DNA from: Lobosporangium transversale
Lineage: Eukaryota
NCBI RefSeq assembly: GCF_002105155.1
Contig: NW_019028991.1
Span: 186,001-250,000 of the forward strand
Direction: 5' to 3'
Length of the DNA: 64,000 nt
Notes under the pieces: model-generated
Database searches by the model: none
Told to the model about the DNA's origin: nothing
What the model saw: only the letters and a program-made list of their open reading frames with translations
Part shown: in pieces, positions 13,581-26,243 of the stretch
Numbering within the stretch: the first letter of the stretch is position 1
Layout: each line of letters begins with the position of its first letter
Made by a program: the position numbers and the translations under genes

Positions 13581-15585
13581 ATGAATCAGTCGCGTCGTTT
13601 CTTAATTTTAACTCAAAGTCTTTCGTCAAGACATGGTTGTAGACCTGTGGTCTTTTTTACCTCAAGTATTCGATTGATCACAAATCACCAATGGGTCTTT
13701 GCTTCGACAGCAAGTATCCCCGTTGCCTCTGCCACCACTGCTTCAACTTCACGCGGCTTCTCAGTTTACTCTCAGACTTCAAATTCGAAGCAATCAAGCA
13801 GCAACAATTGCAATCACAACAACAATATGATCGAATCTCTATTGTCGCAGAACCTGTATGATACCGACTCAAGGGGTAAGCGGCCTTATGAGAGCGGACA
13901 AGAACCTGGGCCTCTGCATGGCATCCGAGTATTAGATTTGACGCGCGTCCTTGGTAAGCCTTCCTAGGAAAGGATGTTTTTCAAACACGTCCTCAAAAAA
14001 AAAAAAAAAAAAAAACAGAGTATTTCACACGGTATGACCATTTATGCCTCTTGCCTTCCCTTCTGCTACAATAGCTGGTCCATATTGTACACAGCTCCTT
14101 GGCGACCTCGGGTATGAAAAAAAAAAAAAAAAAAAAAAAATACAGGCAGTGTCAAATAATGGAATATTTACATCATCTCATGACAATCCTTTTTCCTTGG
14201 TCGCTTTGTCACCTTACTGCATTGGCTGGGCTTAGAGCTGAAGTGATCAAAGTCGAGAATCCGAATGGCGGAGATGATACCCGCGCATGGGGACCACCTT
14301 TTGCTAAGAACTTTGATGGAACTGAGACTGAGAGTGCATACTTTCTGAGCGTAAATCGAAACAAGAAATCGATCACAGTCAACATCCGATCAGGAGCAGG
14401 TCGCCAACTAATATATGATCTCGTCAAGAAAGCGGATGTCTTCATCGAAAACTATATACCTGGCAAGCTTGCAGACATGGGGTTAGGTTACAGCGATCTG
14501 AGTGCTCTGAATCCTAGATTAGTCTATGCATCCATTACTGGTAAACTGTCCCAACATATAATAAGAAACATTATGAGCCTATTGACCTGTTTTTAACTTG
14601 CCTTCTCTAATATAAATATATATATATTACCGTATCACTGTAGGGTATGGACAGACTGGACCTTACTCCAGTAGGCCCGGCTATGATGTGATGATTGAAG
14701 CTGAGGCTGGATTAATGTTTATTACAGGTGAAGAGCATGGCCCTCCAGTCAAGGTTGGAGTAGCTGTTACTGGTAATAAAATATCTTATTGTCTCTACAA
14801 TGGAAGCCCGGATATTTTGGAGCATAACTACAACCTTGAGCTAACATGGTCTTTTTCACTGCTTATTTTACCCTTTTTTTTTTTTTACACATTCTTCAGA
14901 TCTCACTACGGGACTTTATGCACATGCCAGTATTTTGGCAGCCCTTTTCGCTCGAAACCGCACCGGCCGTGGTCAACACGTCGATTGCTCGTTACTCGAG
15001 TCTCAAGTGGCAACTCTAGCTAACATCGGAAGCTCTTACCTGATTGCTGGCAAGGAGGCGAAGCGAATGGGTACAGCACACCCTTCGATTGTGCCATATC
15101 AGGTCCTTCAAACCCGCGACTCTCATATTATGATCGGTGCTGGCAATGATGGTCAGTTTCGCACCCTCTGTAAGGTCTTGCAATTAGATACACTCGCAGA
15201 TAATCCACGCTACAAGACCAACCGCGACCGAGTAAGCAACCGAGATGAACTAATCCAAATTCTCACGAACCGTTTGAAATCCGAAAACAAATCGTTCTGG
15301 ATGAAAGCATTGGAGGGTCGAGGTGTGCCATTTGCGCCGATCAACAACATTGCAGACACGTTTGCTCACCCTCAAGTCCTGGCACGAGGCATGGTCCAAG
15401 AGGTTGAGCACCCTAAAGCAGGCAAGATCAAATTGTGTGGTCCGCCAGTCAAATATTCGGACACAAAGCCAACGATCAGGACCCCTGCTCCATTGTTGGG
15501 AGAGCATACAGATGAGGTACTGGCGGATATTCTAGGCTATGATGAAAGCACAATCCTAGACTTGAAGCAGAAGAACGCTGTATAA
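13581..15585 (+). CDS. Family III CoA-transferase (CaiB/BaiF; SUGCT-like), probably mitochondrial, ~509 aa; exons 13581-13953, 14075-14111, 14236-14540, 14644-14772, 14900-15585
   Basis: [57 protein letters not shown], spliced VAVTDLTTG with the catalytic Asp, and PAPLLGEHT. The Arg/Ser-rich N-terminus looks like a presequence. Confidence 0.92.
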
Positions 15586-16876
15586 ACCAAAAAAATAAAA
15601 AATAAAAAATAAAAAATAAAAAATAAAAAGCGTCATTTAGACCATCCAATTAAAAGCATACAGAACTTACCTTGCACTTGCATCTGGAAAATATAACGAA
15701 GGAATGTTTACCAAGTGGTGGAGTACCAAGGCATAGAATAGCTTATTTGGTCTTTTCTCGTCAGAAGGAATCATTAAGATTTTGGAATTACTTGTCCTCA
15801 GAATAGTGTTTTACATGAGACTATGATAGCGGCACAAAAGCCTTTGCTCGCCGATGTTGGACTGCCTCAGCTACAACTTCAATCTTTTGGGATACTATGC
15901 GCTAAAGGTCCGCAGCACTTTACCCAATCAAACAATCCCACACCGCAGCCAAGGATCGTATTCTTTGTTGGCTGTGAACTAGCTTTAATGAAGCCAATGC
16001 GTCTATGATTGTTTACAACACTCGTTGTTTTTTTTTTTTTCTTTTTCAGATGAAAGGCGGACAAACCAGTAGAAGCTAGAAGTCTGAAGATGACATTTTT
16101 ACAGACTATACAATAGTGAGTGGTAGATATTTGGATACAAGTGCGTCAATGAGTCAAGAAGGTGGCTACACCATGACCAACATATCAGTGCTAATTAAAG
16201 CAAAATAGGCATCGAAAAGAGCCTAAAGTGCTGAGAGAGACTGATGAAGGAGAGCCAACGTTCAATGCATTATTCCATGATGTAAAAAAATAAAAAAAAT
16301 AAAGGAAAGAAAAGAAAAACGAGCTTCATCTTCTATTTTCTACCCTTGACTAGAGCGTCAGCTATATCTTTTGCAGCTATATGCTTGTATCACTCATACA
16401 AAATCAGCCGCTTGTCGTTTATAAAAAGACATGAAGGATTGGGTCCTCTGACATACATGTTAGCATCACAAGATGAGGAAATTTACTCAGAGCCAGCAAG
16501 ATAGCTCAAGGAGGCCCAGTCCTCGAATAAGCTCCCTCAAAACACCTGCCATTTGGTAACTATAGCACAAACAAACATTGACGTTAAACCTTATTTGGTT
16601 TCTAATATTTAACCACAAGATTGTTTTTTTTTTTTTTTTTTTTTTTTTTGATGCAGAAATGCGTGAAAGGGCGCTGACCAGCAGCTAACCCTCATAAGAT
16701 TGTTTTATTTCTTTTTCTTTTTCTTTTTTTTTTTTTTTTTTCATTAGGAGTATGGGTGGTGGGAGAGGAGGAAAGATACTTTTAAATAATAGGAGGCACC
16801 TTCGATGAAGAAAAGCACTTTTTCTAAATCAAGAAGTAAAAGGAGAGGTATGGTATGTGAGGCTTTTTTTTTTTTT

Positions 16877-17563
16877 TTACTTGCTCTTGGGAACAGTAAT
16901 GGTGATGGACTTGCGCTTCGCGAATTCAGATCTCTTGTCAGAACCACCGAAAGGATACTCGGGGATATAGAGAGAGGATTTGCCGTAGTTGGCAATCAGA
17001 GGAGCAACACCCTTGAGCTTGCCACCGTTCTTGCCACCGGTAACTGTGATATCAGCGCAGTTGGAATAAAGTTCACGGTTACCGATGGCATTGTTCCACA
17101 ACCACATGAAGGTAGCCTTGCCGTTGGGAGCATCCTTAGGAATTGGGACCGAGACAGAGTAAGGAGCGCCACCTTTGACACCTTTGAGGCAGTCACGGAA
17201 CATTGTCCTAAGCACAATCCAGGTTTTACCGTTATCGTATGAAAGGGCCCATTGGCAATGTCCACCTCCATGGGAAGCACCGACAGAGTAAGTGGTCTTC
17301 AAGTTGGAACCAGCCCGCACCTTCGTACGGATAGCCGAAGGGACTTTCTGCTTGCAAAGAGGAGCGTCCTTGCGGCTGTGGACGCCAATGGGGGAGTTGA
17401 TATTGTAATCAATTGACTGGCCCTTGGCAAGAGCCGAACGACAGGCAGGGTTTCCGCGGGTGCAGGGGTACCGCATGCTGGCGTGAGCCTCGGTAGAAGG
17501 AGCGACTGAGAGGACAGCTAAGAAAGCAACTGCCGCAGCAAGGATAGAACTCTTGAACATCAT
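16877..17563 (-). CDS. Secreted AA11-like lytic polysaccharide monooxygenase, copy A (intronless, 228 aa)
   Basis: Signal peptide MMFKSSILAAAVAFLAVLSVAPSTEA followed directly by His; HGGGHCQWALSYD; WLWNNAIGNRELYSNCAD. Confidence 0.8.
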   Translation of the reverse strand: MMFKSSILAAAVAFLAVLSVAPSTEAHASMRYPCTRGNPACRSALAKGQSIDYNINSPIGVHSRKDAPLCKQKVPSAIRTKVRAGSNLKTTYSVGASHGGGHCQWALSYDNGKTWIVLRTMFRDCLKGVKGGAPYSVSVPIPKDAPNGKATFMWLWNNAIGNRELYSNCADITVTGGKNGGKLKGVAPLIANYGKSSLYIPEYPFGGSDKRSEFAKRKSITITVPKSK

Positions 17564-17955
17564 TTTAGAGAAGGAGCGTGAAGAAATTATTGATGGAAAG
17601 AAGAGAAGGAGGATATGACCTTTGAAATGAAAATAGTTGGTTGCGATAACCGAAAGTGAGGGGTTTGTCTTGAGTGTTGACTGCAAAAAAAAAAAAAAAA
17701 AAAAAGGAAGAAAGGAAGACGAAAAAAAGAGTGAAGTTTTTATATACTTCAAAGAAGAACGTTCCTGACCGGAAGTTTTTTTTTAAGTTTCACATAATAA
17801 ACTAAAAACTAGAGGGTACTGTTCACTTGTCAAAGAATGGAGAGCGAACCAGTTGTATGGCCATAAAAATTAAAGGTCGTGAGGTTGCAAAGTTGCTCAC
17901 TGATTGCTCATTTATTATCTTCGGAATGGGGTCAACTCTAAACAAAAATCAAATA

Positions 17956-18173
17956 CAGTGGAATCTCGATAATTGTACACTTTTGTACAATTTTCGAATT
18001 TGCTATATTTCTCGGTTATTGATTGGCTAAGAAGCCCACAATTCATGAAAAACTATTCTAAAAATCCTCTGCTACTTTTTTTTAAAAGAGTAAGGCTCTT
18101 AGCCAACCAATGGCCTAGAAATATATCAAATTTGAAATTTGTACAAAAGTGTACAATTATCGAGATTCCACTG
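17956..18173. mobile_element. MITE of the Tc1/mariner (pogo-like) superfamily, 218 bp
   Basis: ~80 bp terminal inverted repeats starting CAGTGGAATCTCGATAATTGTACACTTTTGTACAA. Flanked by TA on both sides (17954-17955 and 18174-18175). No coding capacity. Confidence 0.88.
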
Positions 18174-18829
18174 TACAGTTCTCTCGCTCACTTCTTAAAA
18201 AAAATGAACTCGATCAGATTCAGTATTCATTACAAGCAACATATCCAGAGGGCACGGGGAAAACCAAGCATTTCACGTAAGAAAGCTTTATTATCTTCAT
18301 ATTGCATTTCTAGCAGAGTTCTAGCGGGAAGGGGCAAGCTCACTCATCATTTTCATTTTCATTCTTTTCCCTATTATACAGTTAATATGTTAATTTGCCT
18401 TTGCCCTCATTTTTAATTATTTGTGTGTTCTTCTGCAGGACGAACGTTACTCAGAGAAAAGTAAACAAAAAGGCATAAACAAGCCCCGTCGAATCTTCAT
18501 GTGTACTAAATGGTGACGCCAATTGGTGTTTGCATGCATTTCCCTCATTAACTCTGATATAAAATTTAATATTTCAATGGGTTGTCACTCTTTGTAATGT
18601 AGATAGACATCGCGACTCTGCTTGTTCTCGCTAATATTGCCAACAACTTAGGTCCTAATGCCTACTTTTGTTGAAATGGCTTTAATAACATTATTCAAGA
18701 AAAACCGCCTAGCCAGAATTAAATGATGGAGCTCCTTTATAATTAATATATGTTTACATATTAACCTCCTCTTTCTTTTCAATCATCTTCCTTTTTTTTT
18801 TCACCGTTTACCACTGCCACATATAAAAC

Positions 18830-19800
18830 AGATCACAAAATTGAGATTCAGGAGTCATACTTTTAACGGAGCAAAGGCGTTTCTACTCATGGAGTTGTTG
18901 AACTCCTCAAGATATTCCATGCCACTGCCTCCATCGAGAGAACAAAGAGAATGTGCGAGAAAGCATAGACAGTCGTCTCAGGAAGGCCATTGTTGGAATA
19001 GTCGATTGCCGCAAGATGAACACGAAAGGAAGTACCCTCAAAATCACTTGAGGCTACTATTAAGCCGGTAAACTGTCCTCACTGCTGGTCCGTATCACCA
19101 CATTCCGATATTGCATGAGTGGATAAGGATTGGTTGGCAAAAGGTTATCAAAAGACCAGTAATTAAGAAAAACATCATATCAAAGACCGATTGCGATTCG
19201 TAAAGAAGCACGAGGAATGGACGGGGAACGACAGTTAAATGGCCCAATAGGTGTAAGCCTAACAAGATCTGCCTGATGACCTTCAATATATCTGGAATAA
19301 ACTACCAGAAAGGATGACAATGTGCTCAGCTCAAGGGACAGTTGACTTTGGTCGTGAGAGCACCTCCGAGTGATGGTCTGTGTCACGGCAGGGGCCTGTT
19401 TATATTACCTTGGTTGGTGGCACAACTGTATATCAAGATGTTACAGGGAAACCTGCAGCTGTTTACTGAAGAATGGGGCGTGGCAAAAGAATGACTCGTA
19501 TTTCAGCAAGATAATAATCCTAGGCTAAGCGCACTGCAAGGTAGCTACAGTTTATCTAGAGCTGATCGATATGGCGGAGGGTGAAGGGATACTGCTGTAT
19601 TAGTCAGCACAACATCCACATCTCAATTTATTTGAGCAAATGTAGCCATATCTCAAGGGACATTTCGATAAGTGTATTTCAAACACATCTTAGGAGCTTT
19701 AAGAGGCTTTGGGGGAGAATGTCAGCGTGGGTGGTACAAGATTATCGAATTGGCTGTGCCAAGCTAGACATACAATCGAACGGCGACCAAAGGCTAGCGT
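18830..19800 (+). pseudogene. Decayed Tc1-like DDE transposase (stops and frameshifts; boundaries approximate)
   Basis: Fragments in Tc1 order: KHHIKDRLRFVKKHEEWTGND (~19170-19232), FQQDNNPR (19501-19524), Y*SAQHPHLNLFEQM*PYLK (19598-19657, matching WPAQSPDLNPIE..W..LK). Confidence 0.75.
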
Positions 19801-22800
19801 TTTTTTTGGAAATTAACCAAGTGGCTTTTCTTGACAATGTTATGAAACTATTGCGATCAGAGTATATTATCAAGACATAAACGAGATCAAATGGAGTCAT
19901 GGCATAAATATATTTATCAGAATATTTGGCCAGTCTTGGGCGCCAGTGCAAATGTGTCTCAAAAATAAATTACAAAATGTGTAACAAGGGGTAATTTGTC
20001 TGTGTTACATGATGAGCATGAACACATTTTTTCCGCCAGGAATTTAAGTTTCTCATGAAGCAGCATAACTACTGTGGAGCAGGACATTAAGAGTAGAGTC
20101 CTTGCCAGAAACTCATCGACAAACATACTTTTAAAATACTGTCTTTGAATCAAAAACGATGATTGAATTGATTTGGTAGCTGGTTATCTGAAATGGAGGA
20201 TATTTATCCAGTTTAGTAACCTTGAAAACCCATTTGTCGACAACTTTCTGGTTCAGCATGGTGCCGCTAGATCCTGAAAAGATGGTTTGACTGAATGCAT
20301 GTCTCAATTGCCTTGGGGAATAGTCACTCACCCAATCACATCTTCCGAGTTCCCGATTAACTTGCTTAACTTCAATATAGTCTATTAATCACATGAGTTG
20401 TTTTTCGTAAGCTACCTTCCTTTTACGTATCCTATAACTCATTTTAGAAAGAAAAAAAAAAAAGGCCTTTCATTATATATATATGTATATTTATTTGTAA
20501 GAAGCATGATTAGCAGTACAACTATCCAACATGACTTGAAGAAACACAGAGTGTTGCAATAAAATATATTTCAATCGCAGTCACCACAATATAGCCTGTA
20601 GCCAAAGTGACCAGGACTGGAGTGTCCCTTTTTATTTCTATATAAAACTAAATCCTACAAGCCATGCTGTAAATCATTACAGTTAGCTACTGTGCTCTTA
20701 CTTTCAATACTTTGGATGATATAAAGGCTCTTCCAGGGATTGGGAAGGCCATGTCTATCTCCTTTCCGCATGGTTTTTCATTCCATCGTTGGCGTAAAAA
20801 TATTCCCAAAAATGGATAAGGCCCTTTAACTTTCATTATCCCGTTGATGACGTAGAGAGCCTTTTTCATTAGATTCTAGTATACCATTCAGAAACGCGCC
20901 AGGGGCGTTCTTTCACCTGTTAGTATCTATACAAAATGAAAGCGCGTAGTAAAAAAAGTCTTGTACTTTTTTTTATTTTTTTATTTATTTATTAGCAAAC
21001 ATGTGGAGAAATTATGCGTGGTGCTTTTTTACGTCAGATGATCGTGTTTTTTTTTTTTTTTTGTTTTTTTTTTTTTGAGATCGTGCTTGATAGCTCATAT
21101 CAAATCTTAACTTTTTGATAAAGAGGATTGCTCTTCGAGAACATTCCCTGTGGAACAATAATTTGACAAAGAACAAGATATAACAGGAGCATAATTAAGA
21201 TAGGTAGAAGAGGAGGCCATTTTTTGTGATGTAAGCGAGGGAAAACAGGTATAGGACAAGCATATACACAATGACATACATTTGAGTTGCCTATACTTTA
21301 TACTGTGTTCATCTTGGTAGATTTAAAGCCAGTTTTTTAACAGCCATGTGAAAAAAAGATCATCCCCGTGCGGTTTTTAGTGTGCATGTTCATGTAGATC
21401 ATCCTTCCCCTGAAGATTGAGCAGAAACAGTTTTTTTTTTTTTTTTTTTGTAATGCAGGGTTGCAGCAAAGTATGCAGTCAGTGTGAGAAAATTTAATAC
21501 TCTTCCACCGAGAAATGCAAACCAAACAGGAAATAAATACTACAGGCGGCCACGGAAGCGCGTCAACCTAGAATTACAACAGCAACAACCGACTATAAAC
21601 AACAACAACAAAAAAAGCGGAAAATATCACCGTATATCGCTCCTTTCCTGAACTCAACAAGCCCATTAACCATCATCCCGGCGGTTTTCGAGAGATCCGA
21701 GACGATTGCACTTTTTCTTGACATCAAGCTTACTAACAAACTTACGGAAAACTTTTACAAAATTTTGCATGCGGCCTACTGAGCACCATGAGTTTGTTGA
21801 CGCTTTTTTTTTTTTTTTTTCCTCCGCCGATAACCTGATAACAACATAACAATATATGCTCATAATAGAAAGTGGAAACACTATCTCTAACCATCGAGAA
21901 ATAACGATTAAGATAATATCAACAACATGCTCGAACACCCGAACATATTTATCGTTGAGCGCGGTAAATATAAAAAACTTTTTTTACTCATTACATTATC
22001 TGATGTTAATATAAACACGAAATAAATAAAATAAAATAAAAAAGCATCAACAAAAACAGGAGGAAAAAACTCTGGCAACGAGGCCCAGATCATGGGCGCT
22101 AATCACATATTGACACAACACAAAGCTATATCACCGTTTCGAAAGCCCTTTCCATAGTCGAGTTTTGGGGAGATGATAATTACCCTCAAAACATTTTTTT
22201 TTTCCTTGATTGGTGTCACCTTGAGGTGCATGTTACCCACAGAACAGAGGAGCGGATTCGTTACATCCCGTGTGCACTTTTTCTGTTTCTCTGTCGCCAC
22301 TCTCTTGATGATGCATGATAACTTGTCAATCTCGTGGACAGCAAACTTTAACATCATGTTTTTTGATTATCAAGTTGTTTAGACCCTGTTTGAAATGTAA
22401 CATTTTTTATGCACCACAATATATACATTACAGTTCCTCCCTCGCGTGTTTATAAAAAATCCTCCTCTTGCCTTAAATTATGGTTCATTGGTGGGCCAAT
22501 GATCATGTGGAGTCGCTTTGGTCAAACTTGCCGCTCTCAATCTTTTGATCAGTGCATTATCATTATCGCAACCCTGTGAATGTTGTTTATGTTTGTATGG
22601 ATTATGTATTTGAGTAGCTGTCATTGGTTATCCGATTCATTGTTGATATTTGTCGCGCTATCCGTTGGGAACTAGGGAATTAAACTTGATTCAACTAACC
22701 TTAGCAAGGCATTGTTTACAGTTCAGGAACCCTTTCTTTTCTCTCTCTGTCTTGTTTTTTTATCGATACCAGACGCGACCCCTTGAGGCGTCCTATGTAA

Positions 22801-23172
22801 TTTACTCAGGAAAGGACAAGGATTCACTTCATTTTTGTTATTTGTTATTTTCCTGCTCCAAAGAAAAAGTCCTTACCCCAAGTTTTGAGCCATGTTGTAA
22901 CCCGCTTCGTTGGGCTATACCCATGACCATGGGGAGTTAACGCACATTGTAGGCGTCTTATACTATCATTTGCCATCCCTTTGTTATAAGCATTTTATTT
23001 TTTATTTTTTTTTATAAATACTTGACCGCTTGTCGCCAAAAACCCAAGCTCTTCACCGATTCAGCGGATCACACTCCTCAAACGCTTCCTTCGCCCTCAC
23101 AACAATCCAAGCTTACAATATAAGCTACGACACGAGCCCTTTACGAATATACCCAAGCTCCACTCTTTCATC

Positions 23173-23419
23173 ATGAAGACTATCGCTTTCTTTGCTGCCG
23201 CTTTGGCTTTTCTCTCGGCTATGACCGTCCAGGCCCACATTGGTATGAAAGTCCCCTGCGGTCGATACCACTCCGCTGCCGGCTGCCCTGCTCCTCCACC
23301 AGGCCAATCCATTGATTACGACATCAACTCCCCTATCGGCACCTACGATAACCCAGCCCGCCCTCTCTGCAAGGTAAGGACTCCATGTCCACTACAGTCG
23401 TGGCTCTGCATTAAGCATC

Positions 23420-23456
<37 letters not shown>

Positions 23457-24010
23457 ACTCTGTACTCGACATTATGATCAACTCTCTAATATCTCGTTTG
23501 TATTGGCATATTGACCCCATTCAAAAAAAAAAAAAAAAAAAAAATCAGCACACCGTCCCATACACCAAGCGCACCGTCTATAATGCTGGTCAGACCATCA
23601 ACACCGCCTACTCTGTTGGTGCTGCCCACGGAGGTGGACACTGCCAATGGGCCCTCTCTTATGACAACGGTCAGACATGGGTTGTCATCAAGACCGTCAT
23701 TCGTGAATGCTTCAGAAACGCTGGCAACGAGTACTCTGTTCCTGTCCAGATCCCTTACGATGCTCCTTCTGGCAAGGCTACGTTTATGTGGTTGTGGAAC
23801 AATGCTATCGGCAACCGTGAGTTATACTCCAACTGTGCTGACATTGAAATTAAAGGTACAAATGGTGGCAGCATTACTGGCGTTGCTCCTCTCATTGCCA
23901 ACTATGGTCGCTCCTCTGTCTACCTTCCTGAATTCTCCACTGGCCCCGATGGTCGTGAGCACTTCGACAAGCGCAAGCCTGTGACTATCTATGTCTCGGC
24001 CAGTGTCTAA
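23173..24010 (+). CDS. Secreted AA11-like LPMO, copy B (220 aa); exons 23173-23373, 23549-24010
   Basis: Signal peptide ending VQA then His; phase-0 GTAAGG...CAG intron; HGGGHCQWALSYD and GNRELYSNCAD; TATAAATA at 23013-23020. Confidence 0.82.
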
Positions 24011-25394
24011 TCTGTTTGATAGCTCCATAGTATCTAATGTGAGGTGAAAGGCTCTGTTTATAGCGTATACAAACCTATTATCTATATTATTATATTTAGT
24101 TTAACATAGCAAAGGAAAAATATAACTTCTTACCACAGCTCTATTACCTAAAGTTCGCTTTATGCACTGTAGTGCTGGATTGGTTACTTGATATGCCTCC
24201 GAAAAATGAACTTTTTTTTTTTTTTTTTTTGCCAGAGTTTTTTGTAGGATCCAAAGTGTCTTCATATTATACTCTTTTTTATTTTACATTCATGTAGCCT
24301 TAGTGACAATTGTAGGGTAGCGCGTGCTTGAGTTCAAATGAAAGGGTATAATCGATCCGATATTAAATGATAGATGTTGGCCATATATGATAGATCTATT
24401 TTAAGGACGTTACCGTTGACATCATAATCCTTTATAGGCCTTGATAATTTCGGTATCAATCTTTGTAAAGGTCGGTAGCCATACGCCGAGATAAACGCCA
24501 AACCGAGGAGTTACGAGGTAGGAAGGCATCGCGCGAGGTTCTCTGGAACGCCTGAGGCCCCATCGGTGGTTACTTGGGAAGAAATATTAATCAGATGAAA
24601 GAATGTTTTATTCATATTAGGATATCATATAGGTCAGGGCAATTGAAGTGTAATTGTTTGATATCAGAAACACTTCCACCTGGCAACTCAACAAGAGCTA
24701 CTATAGCCAGCGGTCAAATAATGATGACATTTGCTCTTTCGTTGGAAACAAAGTTTAATTTTCAGTGTATACATAAATATATATACCATGTATATTCATG
24801 GAAAACATTTATATTATACAGACATGTACATATTTGTTTTCATGTATTGAAACCAGCCAGAGAAATTGCATATACCGATTTTGATGTATTACATTTTATT
24901 TAACGAGGCTTATCGTGCATAGTCTGCATGGGCATGGTTAGAAAGCCTTTCCTTCCTTTTCAAGGAGAACCTAGCGAGTAACCAGACAAAAAAATGGAGC
25001 ATGACTACAATTACATTTTGGGAATTACATTTTAATGTACATAGGCTTCCTTTACCTTTGTAGACTAGCTTCTTCTCATGTACACTTCTTATAGAATCTC
25101 AATGGGAGGACGGTCATCATTCATAACACACTGACTCTAATGGGGATACTTAGTCCATGAATCAGTAGATCGGCAGATTGCATATAAATACCCCCTCCCT
25201 CCTTGACTTACAAAGCTTTATCTTCCTTCTTCACTCAATAAACGCAAAAACCAAAGGCAGCGCCTTCCAACCTCTCTACCCTAACTCTTCCACTATCTAC
25301 GTCCCCTTCCAGCTTTTTACAAGCCTTTCATTAGCTCTCATCACTCTTTCTCACTCCCATCCTCATACCTTTTCACTTCTTTTCTCTTTCAATC

Positions 25395-26243
25395 ATGATG
25401 CTCAAGAATTCTATCCTTGCTATAGCTGCTGCCTGCTTGACTGTCCTTTCAGTCGCTCCTTCCACTGAGGCCCATGCTAGTCTGTTGTACCCTTGTGCCC
25501 GCGGAAGCCCTCGTGCGGGCTGCCCTGCTCCTTCGAATGGCCAAGTGCTCGACTATGATCTTAACTCTCCTGTTAGCGTCCATAGCCATATAGATGCTCC
25601 TCTTTGCAAGCAGGCCATTCCCTCGGCCACTCGCACAACTTTGCGAGCCGGTAGCAACGTGGCGACCACTTACACTGTCGGTGCTTCCCATGGAGGCGGA
25701 CACTGCCAGTGGGCGATTTCATACGACAATAAAAACTGGGTTGTGCTTAAGACGGTGCTCCGTGACTGCCTTAAAGGTATTGATGGCGGTGCTCCTTACT
25801 CTGTCTCGGTCCCAATTCCTAAGGATGCTCCCAACGGCAAGGCTACCTTCATGTGGTTGTGGAACAATGCCATCGGTAACCGTGAACTCTATTCAAACTG
25901 TGCTGATGTCACAATTACCGGTGGCAAGAACGGTGGCAAGCTCAAGGGTGTTGCTCCTCTGATTGCCAACTATGGCCCCTCCTCTCTCTTGATCCCTGAG
26001 TACCCATTTGGCGGTGACGACCAGAGCTCTGCATTCGCGAAACGCAAATCCATTACTATTACTGGTCCCAAGTCCGGCAGCTCTAAGAGCCAGCCTAGCA
26101 AGCCTAAGAACAAGTCCAGCGGGCCTAAGAGCAAGTCCAGCGGGCCTAAGAGTAAGTCCAGCAAGTCTAAGAGCAAGTCCAGCAAGTCTAAGAGCAAGCC
26201 CAACCAGCTTGAACAGCCTCCCTGCCCCTATGGCAAGCATTAG
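25395..26243 (+). CDS. Secreted AA11-like LPMO, copy C (intronless, 282 aa) with Lys/Ser-rich repeat tail
   Basis: Signal peptide ending STEA then His; HGGGHCQWAISYD; GNRELYSNCAD; TATAAATA at 25183-25190. Confidence 0.82.
   Translation: MMLKNSILAIAAACLTVLSVAPSTEAHASLLYPCARGSPRAGCPAPSNGQVLDYDLNSPVSVHSHIDAPLCKQAIPSATRTTLRAGSNVATTYTVGASHGGGHCQWAISYDNKNWVVLKTVLRDCLKGIDGGAPYSVSVPIPKDAPNGKATFMWLWNNAIGNRELYSNCADVTITGGKNGGKLKGVAPLIANYGPSSLLIPEYPFGGDDQSSAFAKRKSITITGPKSGSSKSQPSKPKNKSSGPKSKSSGPKSKSSKSKSKSSKSKSKPNQLEQPPCPYGKH
26085..26210 (+). repeat. Coding tandem repeat, six 21-nt units encoding KSKSS(G/K)(P/S)-like heptads
   Basis: Units such as AAGAACAAGTCCAGCGGGCCT, AAGAGCAAGTCCAGCGGGCCT and AAGAGTAAGTCCAGCAAGTCT. 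Confidence 0.9.

Noticed and set aside
15592..15629. (AAAAAAT)n microsatellite after the CoA-transferase stop
   Set aside because: Ordinary simple repeat in a 3'UTR.
19959..22360. Short minus-strand ORFs that might be further gene or transposase remnants
   Set aside because: Only vague resemblance to helix-turn-helix N-termini; no diagnostic motif without a search.
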